From: a virus
Lineage: Duplodnaviria > Caudoviricetes
IMG/VR virus record: IMGVR_UViG_3300020395_000008
Coordinates: 1-59,730 of that record
DNA: 59,730 nucleotides
Direction: 5' to 3' (one strand)
Positions 40,680-48,343 of this stretch are shown in pieces; the stretch's first letter is position 1; each line of letters starts with the position of its first letter. The notes below the pieces were generated by a model, which ran no database searches, was not told the DNA's origin, and saw nothing but the letters and a program-made list of their open reading frames with translations. The position numbers and the translations under genes were made by a program.

Positions 40680-41287
40680 TACGTAGAAATTTAATTGTTG
40701 TTGATGATTTTTTACAGAACCCTGATGCTGTAAGAGAGTATGCTCTAGAGCAACAGTTTGAATTTTTTGGAGGAAAGAATTGGCCTGGTAGAGATAGTGC
40801 TGAGTGTCATGGTGAGGAGGAGATGACTGAAGCATGTTCTCAGGTAGTAGGGGAGAAACTTACTATCAAACCAGAGAACAAGTGTTCTTACTTTAGATTA
40901 ACTAAAGAAGGACAGTATGGAAGACAGCATATTCACTTTGATCCCAATCCAGGATTGATATGGGCTGGTGTTCTTTATCTCACACCTACTATTCATCCTA
41001 CAGGAGGTACAAAGTTCTGGAAACATAAAGAAACAGGATGGGAGAGTTCTCCTACTACCCACGAGGGTGCAAAGTATGGTGTGCATTCTCACCAGGATAT
41101 GGTAAAATTTTTTGATATTGAAGGAAAGGATGAGTCCAAATGGATAGAACTAGATAATGTTGCTTTTAAATATAATCGTTTGGTTATGTTTAATCCTTCT
41201 CTTTGGCATTCAAATGGTGATTTGTTTGGAACTATGGAAGAAGATGCAAGACTAGTACAACTATTTTTCTTTCATGGAGCAGATTAG
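40676..41287 (+). CDS. 2OG-Fe(II) oxygenase-like (DUF6445-like)
   Basis: IVVDDFL.NPD.VR, WPG, IHFD, WAGVLYLTP, GGT.F, YNRLV.F...WH, RLVQLFFF. Confidence 0.8.
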   Translation: MIRRNLIVVDDFLQNPDAVREYALEQQFEFFGGKNWPGRDSAECHGEEEMTEACSQVVGEKLTIKPENKCSYFRLTKEGQYGRQHIHFDPNPGLIWAGVLYLTPTIHPTGGTKFWKHKETGWESSPTTHEGAKYGVHSHQDMVKFFDIEGKDESKWIELDNVAFKYNRLVMFNPSLWHSNGDLFGTMEEDARLVQLFFFHGAD

Positions 41288-41711
41288 AGAGTGTGGTGAG
41301 TGCGACCTATGTTGTAATTGGTTGTCTCATAATGTCTATGGGCAACAGATAACCTTAGACAGTCCATGTAGGTTTTTAAATAATGGATGTTCTATTCATC
41401 CTAATAGACCTGCTCAATGCAAGAGATACTTCTGTATGTGGGCTCAAGGAGTTCTACCTGAGTGGATGTTTCCTAAAGATATAGGTATTATAGTGAGTGT
41501 CAAGAATTGGCCATATGGTCAATGGTTAGAGGTAATTGAGGCAGGAAAGCCAATAACAGATGAAATATTGGCAGAGTTAGGTAAGTTTAATGTGCCTGTT
41601 AAATATACGAGGGAGGGAAAAGAATATATACTCGGAGGATCTGAATTTGAAGAGTTCTACCAAGATTATGTCACAAAAAATCGCCATCTTTTATCACCTG
41701 TATCAGACTGA
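41274..41711 (+). CDS. YkgJ/CxxCxxCC cysteine-cluster protein
   Basis: CGECDLCC...PCRFL..GCSIH..RP..C..Y.C. Confidence 0.8.
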   Translation: MEQIRECGECDLCCNWLSHNVYGQQITLDSPCRFLNNGCSIHPNRPAQCKRYFCMWAQGVLPEWMFPKDIGIIVSVKNWPYGQWLEVIEAGKPITDEILAELGKFNVPVKYTREGKEYILGGSEFEEFYQDYVTKNRHLLSPVSD

Positions 41712-42300
41712 ACTATCTGGTCTAATATATCAACAACAGATGCATAGATTACGCACATCTGGATTGATGGATGCATGTGAGTTTATTCATATTGGAACCG
41801 TGGGTGAGAATGAACTTTTTTCATTACCTAAGAAAGCAAAGGTTCATAAGAATGAAAGACTGACTAAGGATGAGGGTGAGACAGTAGAGTCAATGTATAA
41901 ATTCTCTAAGGAGAATCCAGACTATAAAGTATTATTCTTTCATGCAAAAGGAGCAAGCAGACAATTTGTTCCTCAACTTCATGCATGGAGATTATTCTTA
42001 GAGTATTATGTAATTGATAAATGGAAAGAATGTATTAGTTATCTGGATGAATATAATGTAGTGGGAGCCAAGTTAAGAATGAAACCTTACCCACATTTTA
42101 GTGGTAATTTTTGGTGGGGAAATTCGGATTATCTTGCTACATTAGATGAGAACTTTTTGTATACTCAAGGAGAACATGGTAAAATTGATAGGGAGTTGAT
42201 GATTGGAACTGGACCTAAGTTTGACCCTTATAATATTCATCATGTTCACATAGACACCAACATGTATGATACAATATTTACAGAAGACAATTATATATGA
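41668..42300 (+). CDS. putative glycosyltransferase-associated protein
   Basis: IFYH start, VLFFHAKG, WR..LEY, HFSGNFWW motifs found in viral glycosylation clusters; ATG at 41668 preferred. Confidence 0.6.
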   Translation: MSQKIAIFYHLYQTELSGLIYQQQMHRLRTSGLMDACEFIHIGTVGENELFSLPKKAKVHKNERLTKDEGETVESMYKFSKENPDYKVLFFHAKGASRQFVPQLHAWRLFLEYYVIDKWKECISYLDEYNVVGAKLRMKPYPHFSGNFWWGNSDYLATLDENFLYTQGEHGKIDRELMIGTGPKFDPYNIHHVHIDTNMYDTIFTEDNYI

Positions 42301-43058
42301 TCAACAGACTTGAAGTTTCTAAATTAAAATCTGAGTTTATTAAGGGACAACCATTTCATCATGTAGTAATAGATAATTTTTTTGATGATGAAACTGCTAT
42401 GTCATTGAGTCGGGAGTTTCCTGATTATAATTCTGATGTGTGGTATGTATATAATAATCCCCTAGAGAATAAGAAGGCTTGTAATACATGGAACCTCTTT
42501 CCACGGAACTTATATTCTACATTTTGTTATTTGAATTCTCCTTCCTTTATCTCTAAACTGCAGAAGATTACTGGCATCAAGAAATTATATCCTGATGTAG
42601 GACTGCATGGAGGAGGGTTGCATATGCATGGTAAAGGTGGTAAACTGAACGTGCATTTAGATTATTCTATTCACCCTAAACTTAAACTTCAAAGGAAATT
42701 AAATCTCATTGTTTATCTTGCTGAGAACTGGAATCCTGAGTGGAAAGGCCAATTAGAGTTCTGGTCAGCAGATAGAAAACAATGCATAACTTCCACTGAT
42801 ACACTCTTTAATCGTGCAGTAATGTTCGATACTACCCAAAACTCATATCATGGACTTCCAACTCCTCTGGAGTGTCCTGAGGGTCGTTATAGAAAGAGTA
42901 TAGCAGTTTATTATCTTACTGATCCCGTAGAGAATTGTCCTGTTAATTCCAAGGCAATATACATACCAACTGAGGATCAGAAAGATGACCCTGAAGTGAA
43001 TAGAATCATCAGCAAGAGGGCAAGTATGGTAACTGTAGACGAGGTTTATCGTGTCTAA
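42297..43058 (+). CDS. 2OG-Fe(II) oxygenase
   Basis: PFHHVVIDNF, GGGLH..GG.LNVHLD, FNR.V.FDT...HG.P, RKSIAVYY. Confidence 0.9.
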   Translation: MINRLEVSKLKSEFIKGQPFHHVVIDNFFDDETAMSLSREFPDYNSDVWYVYNNPLENKKACNTWNLFPRNLYSTFCYLNSPSFISKLQKITGIKKLYPDVGLHGGGLHMHGKGGKLNVHLDYSIHPKLKLQRKLNLIVYLAENWNPEWKGQLEFWSADRKQCITSTDTLFNRAVMFDTTQNSYHGLPTPLECPEGRYRKSIAVYYLTDPVENCPVNSKAIYIPTEDQKDDPEVNRIISKRASMVTVDEVYRV

Positions 43059-43452
43059 AATTGTATGGACTAATGGTACATTTGATATCCTGCACCCTGG
43101 CCATATACAACTCTTCAAAGTTGCAAGGTCATTGGGTGATAAGGTTATAGTTGCTACTGATACTGATGAAAAGATAAAGAAAGATAAAGGTGATCATAAA
43201 CCAGTGAATGATTTAAAGTATAGAGTTGCTATGCTTGAATCAATTAAATATATTGATGTAGTATTGACATTTGGTGACAGACCAGAACTTGAGGGGTTGA
43301 TACAATTATATAATCCTGATATACTATTACTTGGTGATGACTGGAGGTATGGGGATGTGGTAGGTAGAGAGTATGCTAAGGAAGTTAGATTCCTTCCAAG
43401 AGTGGGAGGTTATGCAAGCAGTAACACTATTAAAAGGATTCACAACCTATGA
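43051..43452 (+). CDS. HldE/RfaE domain II-like nucleotidyltransferase (heptose-1-P adenylyltransferase-like)
   Basis: WTNGTFDILHPGH, KG..KPVN....R, GDDW, GYASSNTIKRI. Confidence 0.87.
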   Translation: MSKIVWTNGTFDILHPGHIQLFKVARSLGDKVIVATDTDEKIKKDKGDHKPVNDLKYRVAMLESIKYIDVVLTFGDRPELEGLIQLYNPDILLLGDDWRYGDVVGREYAKEVRFLPRVGGYASSNTIKRIHNL

Positions 43453-44228
43453 AGGTATTATTAATTGGTGATAGTTGTGAAGACAGGTATTTCTATGGAG
43501 ATGTTAAGAGACTGAATCCAGAGGCTCCTGTTCCTATCTTAGAGTATAAGAGAGGAGTAACTACTGAGGGGATGGCATGGAATGTTTATAATAATTTGAA
43601 AGTATTTGGTGTGGATGTTTATATGTTGACGAATGAGGAGAAAATTATTAAGACAAGATTTATAGATGAGAAGTCTAATCAACAAATCTTACGTTCAGAT
43701 GAAGAACCAGAGATTACTCCTTTACCTCACAAACAACCCTTTATTGATGATAGGTCTGCATATCACAAACTACATCATAAAGTTCCCCCTGAAGATTGGT
43801 ATGACATCATGGTCATATCTGATTATAATAAAGGTTATATAACACAGGAAAAGTTATTTGAGTTAGTTGATTGGTTTGAGGGTCCAGTGATTATCGATAG
43901 TAAGAAGACAAATTTACCTGATAAATGTTATATTAAAGTCAATGATCTTGAGTATGAAAAGTTAGAAACTAAAACTAATAATGTGATTATAACTAAGGGT
44001 GGTATAGGTGCAGAGTATCAAGGTAAATTATATCCAGCAGAGAAAGTAAACGTCTTTGATGTAGTGGGTGCAGGTGATACGTTCCTTGCTGCCCTTACCT
44101 ATGGATACTTAAAGTATGGTACAATAGAGGAAGCAATACCTCTTGCAAACAAGGCAGCAGCAATGGCTGTATCACATAGAGGAACTTATGTATTAACGGA
44201 GGAAGATGTCAAAAAGATACTGCATTGA
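43449..44228 (+). CDS. HldE/RfaE domain I-like PfkB kinase (heptose-7-P kinase-like)
   Basis: GD...D...G.V.RLNPEAPVP, ISDYNKG, VFDVVGAGDTF, AN.AA. Confidence 0.88.
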   Translation: MKVLLIGDSCEDRYFYGDVKRLNPEAPVPILEYKRGVTTEGMAWNVYNNLKVFGVDVYMLTNEEKIIKTRFIDEKSNQQILRSDEEPEITPLPHKQPFIDDRSAYHKLHHKVPPEDWYDIMVISDYNKGYITQEKLFELVDWFEGPVIIDSKKTNLPDKCYIKVNDLEYEKLETKTNNVIITKGGIGAEYQGKLYPAEKVNVFDVVGAGDTFLAALTYGYLKYGTIEEAIPLANKAAAMAVSHRGTYVLTEEDVKKILH

Positions 44229-44556
44229 TATTGATGGTACTATTTGTACTCCAACTGTGGGTAGAGATTACCATAAAGCAGAACCTTGGAAAGATAGAAT
44301 CAAGGTACTAAATAAACTCTATGATGAGGGTAATTATATTATCTACTTTACTGCACGAGCAATGGGTAGATTTTCTGATCAAACTCATTTTGATGCTGCA
44401 ACAAAAGCAAAAGAAGTCTTATTTGAACTTACTGAAAAACAATTGAATGATTGGGGTGTTAAGTACCATGAGTTGATCATGGGTAAACCACATGCTGATT
44501 ATTTCATAGATGATAAAGCATGGCCTGATAAAGTATTCTTTAATGATAAACGATGA
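44206..44556 (+). CDS. HAD-family phosphatase (possible GmhB role)
   Basis: DIDGT, YFTAR, MGKPHADYFIDDKA. Confidence 0.8.
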   Translation: MSKRYCIDIDGTICTPTVGRDYHKAEPWKDRIKVLNKLYDEGNYIIYFTARAMGRFSDQTHFDAATKAKEVLFELTEKQLNDWGVKYHELIMGKPHADYFIDDKAWPDKVFFNDKR

Positions 44557-44915
44557 GAGAAACTAAACCAAAATTTGTACCTAAAGGATGGGGTTGGGAG
44601 AAGTGGATTGCCAACTCTTCTGAGTACTGTGGTAAGTTATTGTTTATCAAAAAGAATCATAGATGTTCATGGCACTATCATGTTTTAAAGGATGAGACTT
44701 TTTATTTACAGTCAGGAAAGATTCATTTGTTCTATGGTAAGACTGATTCTTTGGATGAAGCAGAAAGTATGATATTAGAACCTGGTGATAGTTTTCATTG
44801 CTGTAGGAAGACTAGACACCAGATGGTTGCAATAGAAGATGCAGAATTATTTGAGTTCTCTACTCAGCATTTTGATGAAGATTCTCATAGGGTGATAGCT
44901 GGAGATACTCTTTAA
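44553..44915 (+). CDS. cupin-fold sugar isomerase-like protein
   Basis: VPKGWG.E.W..N...YCGK, SWHYH..KDETFY, RH, EFSTQH. Confidence 0.8.
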   Translation: MRETKPKFVPKGWGWEKWIANSSEYCGKLLFIKKNHRCSWHYHVLKDETFYLQSGKIHLFYGKTDSLDEAESMILEPGDSFHCCRKTRHQMVAIEDAELFEFSTQHFDEDSHRVIAGDTL

Positions 44916-45684
44916 CACTAATAAATTTATTATCCCATTCTTTCTTAGCACATGTGTAAGTTTGATACTTACCTTTTAAGTGTTCAGGGAATGGGATATA
45001 TTCTATTGTACCGTTATATTTTTCTGCTATTAGTTCTCCTACTGTCTGGAAACTAATAGGATTACTAGTTCCTAAATCATATATACCTGATGGTTTATCA
45101 TTGTTAAGAACAGTCTCTACTATATCTCCTACCCATACAAAATCTCTTAGAAACTTATCTGATCCTTTAAATAGTTTGAGTCTCCCTGTTTCTTGAATCT
45201 GTTTGGTGAACTTATGCACAGGACTAGCTTGATCACCTTTATGATCTTCACCATCTCCATATACATTAAAGTATCTGAAACTTTGGATAGATGAGAACTC
45301 TTCTATGTGATCTTGAATATAATAATCCATCTGCAACTTAGTAATTGCATAATAGTTGAGTGGATTGATTATACCTTGTTGATTACCATAAACAGATGCA
45401 GAGGATGCAAATTTAACATCTATTTCATGCTCTATTGCCTTCTCAAACAACTCTATGGTGAACCAAACATTAGTTCCATGAAGTTTATCTATGTCTGTTT
45501 CTGTTGTATCTGAAATTGCTCCTTGATGTAGTATAAGAGATACTTCATCCCACTCCTCAAAGAATGTTATCCAATCCCAACAATCCTTTTCATCTACTGT
45601 AATTATTTTTTCATCCGAATGTTCTATGAGATATTTTAGGAAATTTTGACCTATGAAACCCTTTGAACCCGTAATTATTATCAT
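44860..45684 (-). CDS. hldD: ADP-L-glycero-D-manno-heptose 6-epimerase-like SDR
   Basis: IIITGSKGFIG, HQGAISDTTE, ASSASVYG, PLNYYAITK, FRYFNVYG, RDFVWV.D, PFPEHLKGKYQ.YT.A. Confidence 0.85.
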   Translation of the reverse strand: MIIITGSKGFIGQNFLKYLIEHSDEKIITVDEKDCWDWITFFEEWDEVSLILHQGAISDTTETDIDKLHGTNVWFTIELFEKAIEHEIDVKFASSASVYGNQQGIINPLNYYAITKLQMDYYIQDHIEEFSSIQSFRYFNVYGDGEDHKGDQASPVHKFTKQIQETGRLKLFKGSDKFLRDFVWVGDIVETVLNNDKPSGIYDLGTSNPISFQTVGELIAEKYNGTIEYIPFPEHLKGKYQTYTCAKKEWDNKFISVKEYLQLSPYENLHQNAE

Positions 45685-45698
45685 ATCTTTTTCATTAG

Positions 45699-45727
45699 AT
45701 TATAACAGAGATAAATAAGAAAAGCAA
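45699..45727 (-). promoter_or_regulatory. sigma70-type promoter for hldD
   Basis: On the minus strand TTGCTT-N17-TATAAT with TG extension, 14 nt upstream of the ATG. Confidence 0.65.
45710..45717 (+). promoter_or_regulatory. late promoter (GATAAATA)
   Basis: Late core upstream of the 45750 fibre gene. Confidence 0.65.
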
Positions 45728-45749
45728 GTAGTATTATCGTTGTCGTAAT

Positions 45750-48323
45750 ATGCCATCACGAAAGGCCCAATTAGTTTCACCTTTATCGGGAGATTATATT
45801 CCTATAGCAGGACTGAGTGTGACAGGAGTTATCACTGCTATAGGTGGAATATCTGGACCAGTAACAGGAGCTGCACAATCAATTACTGATGGTGCTAATT
45901 TAGATTTGGGAACCGTTACAGCAACTACTTTTGTTGGAGATTCTATTGGTACATATAGAGCAGCAGGATTAACTAATACAGGTGCAGGTACATCTAATTT
46001 AAATGTAGGAGTAGTTACTGCTACAAGTATTTCGGGAGTGGTTACAGGAAATATTACAGGTACAGCAAGTAGTATAATCAGTGGATCAGATTTAACAGTT
46101 GGTGTTGCTACTGCTGTAACATGGTTAGGTGATGGATCAGGAATTACAGGTGCTGGTTCAAGTGCATTTATAGGACAGTCTGTTAGTGCTGGAACAGGAA
46201 CTACTACAATTGATTTAAGTAGTGGTAATATAATTAATTTTACTCAAACAGTTAAAACCACTACTGTATCATTTGCAAATACTGGAACAGCGAATAGAGT
46301 TACTATTATTAGAAACCCTAATGCTGAAAATATAGACTGGAATATAAGTTACTCCACTGGTGGTGTAGAATTTGATGGTACTGATTATTTAAGTATTCCT
46401 GATGATAGTGATTTTACTTTTGGAACAGATGATTTTACTATTGAATTTTGGTATAAAACAAATAATATTTCTGGTCTAGCAAATGGTTATGACTACATTT
46501 TTTCTTCAGGATGGCCTGTTCAACTAGCACATCATGAGAGTGGTGGTAGTAAGATTGGTTTTTGGATGAGAGACAGTGCTACTGGTGATAGTGGTAGTTA
46601 TTTCATAAGTGATTTAAATACTGGTGGAGGTTCAATTGCTTCAACATCTGTTTGGTATCATATAGCAGTAACAAGAAGTGGTAGTACCTTTAGAATATTT
46701 TTAGATGGTGTATTAAAAAATACACAAACTTCTTCAAGTTCTGCTCCAGCACCTGGTGAAGCTGCACAAATAGGTCGATTCGCTGGTGGTATGGATAGTA
46801 TGTATGCGAATGGAACGCTATCTAACTTCAGGTATATAAAAGGAACTGCACTTTATACTCAAGATTTTGTACCCCCATCAGCAGCACTTACGAATGTAAC
46901 CAATACTAAACTTTTATGTTGTCAATCAGATAGTTCTACTACTACTGCTGCTGTTATTCCTACTGGATCTATAACAGCTGGTGGAGATCCAACCGCAGCT
47001 GCTGAAACTGTTGCTTCCTCTGGAACTACAGTAATACTTCCACAAAACATAGAATGGCCTAGTAGTATTAAATGGAATGATGACAGCACACCTACTTTAA
47101 TTTCTAACGTTAGAACTTCTGCATTCCAAGTTTTTAATTTAACTACTGCCGATGCGGGAGTAACTTGGTATGGATGGGAGAGTTTTGAGGATGATCCCCA
47201 AACATTTACTCTGTGGTCATGGGGATATAATTATAGGGGACAATTAGGACAAGATAATGTAACACCCCTTTCATCACCAAAACAAGTTCCTGGTACTACT
47301 TGGTTAATGACGAATAATGGATGTAGTTATGTAGCCAACAATGTATCTATAGCAACTAAAAGTGATGGAACTATATGGTCATGGGGATATGGTAGTCAAG
47401 GAATGTTAGGACTGAACCAGAGTACACCCTCTGCAAAAATCTCATCACCCACCCAAATCGGAAGTAATACTAATTGGGGAGTGGGAAGTTCGAGTAGATC
47501 AGTTCTATGGTCTAAAACTGATGGAACACTATGGGCATGGGGATATAATACTGGTGGACAATTAGGACTTAATGAATCAGGGCCTGGGACTCCTAAAAAA
47601 TCATCACCCACCCAAGTAGGAACTGATACTAATTGGTCAACTTCCCATTCTACGGGAGGAAAGTATGCATCGGATCAAAATTCACCATCTGGTCGCACAG
47701 GAGCAATTAAAACTGATGGATCGTTGTGGATGATGGGAAATGGAGACTTAGGACAAAATAATACGACAAGATATTCATCACCAGTTCAAATTCCTGGCAG
47801 TTGGAAATCAATTAGTCTGAGTGGAGGGGGTTCCATTGCTCTTAAAACTGATGGAACAGCATGGGCATGGGGAACTAATAGTAATGCAATGTTAGGACAA
47901 AATAATAGAACAACATATTCATCACCAATTCAAATACCTGGCAGTTGGGCATCAATTACTTCAGGAAGACAGAATTCTTCTGGAGTTAAAACTGATGGAA
48001 CACTGTGGTCATGGGGATATAATAATTATGGTCAATTAGGACTCGGTGATAAAACATCATATTCATCACCAGTTCAAGTAGGAGCCAACGACACATGGTC
48101 TACTAATGCTTTTGCTGCTGGTGCTATGGGATATTTGTATAATACTACATATCTTAAAACTAATGGAACATTATGGACATGGGGAAGGAATGATAAAGGA
48201 CAATTAGGTCAAAGTCTTCCAGTTAATTCTCATCGTTCATCACCAGTTCAAATTCCTGGTACTAATTGGGGAGGTGTCACAAAGAGTGGAGAGACAGTGG
48301 TAGCACACCAATTTACCGCATGA
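45750..48323 (+). CDS. tail fibre/adhesin: stalk + LamG/ConA-like lectin domain + RCC1 propeller
   Basis: KAQL N-terminus, FDGTDYL...DFTIEFW...WYHIAVTR...SNFR..KGTALYT, seven SSPxQ blades. Confidence 0.87.
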   Translation: MPSRKAQLVSPLSGDYIPIAGLSVTGVITAIGGISGPVTGAAQSITDGANLDLGTVTATTFVGDSIGTYRAAGLTNTGAGTSNLNVGVVTATSISGVVTGNITGTASSIISGSDLTVGVATAVTWLGDGSGITGAGSSAFIGQSVSAGTGTTTIDLSSGNIINFTQTVKTTTVSFANTGTANRVTIIRNPNAENIDWNISYSTGGVEFDGTDYLSIPDDSDFTFGTDDFTIEFWYKTNNISGLANGYDYIFSSGWPVQLAHHESGGSKIGFWMRDSATGDSGSYFISDLNTGGGSIASTSVWYHIAVTRSGSTFRIFLDGVLKNTQTSSSSAPAPGEAAQIGRFAGGMDSMYANGTLSNFRYIKGTALYTQDFVPPSAALTNVTNTKLLCCQSDSSTTTAAVIPTGSITAGGDPTAAAETVASSGTTVILPQNIEWPSSIKWNDDSTPTLISNVRTSAFQVFNLTTADAGVTWYGWESFEDDPQTFTLWSWGYNYRGQLGQDNVTPLSSPKQVPGTTWLMTNNGCSYVANNVSIATKSDGTIWSWGYGSQGMLGLNQSTPSAKISSPTQIGSNTNWGVGSSSRSVLWSKTDGTLWAWGYNTGGQLGLNESGPGTPKKSSPTQVGTDTNWSTSHSTGGKYASDQNSPSGRTGAIKTDGSLWMMGNGDLGQNNTTRYSSPVQIPGSWKSISLSGGGSIALKTDGTAWAWGTNSNAMLGQNNRTTYSSPIQIPGSWASITSGRQNSSGVKTDGTLWSWGYNNYGQLGLGDKTSYSSPVQVGANDTWSTNAFAAGAMGYLYNTTYLKTNGTLWTWGRNDKGQLGQSLPVNSHRSSPVQIPGTNWGGVTKSGETVVAHQFTA

Positions 48324-48329
48324 TAAATA
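48322..48329 (+). promoter_or_regulatory. late promoter (GATAAATA)
   Basis: Overlaps stop codon; same downstream ACTAAAAA motif as the 50493 promoter. Confidence 0.7.
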
Positions 48330-48343
48330 ACTAAAAAAGAAAT

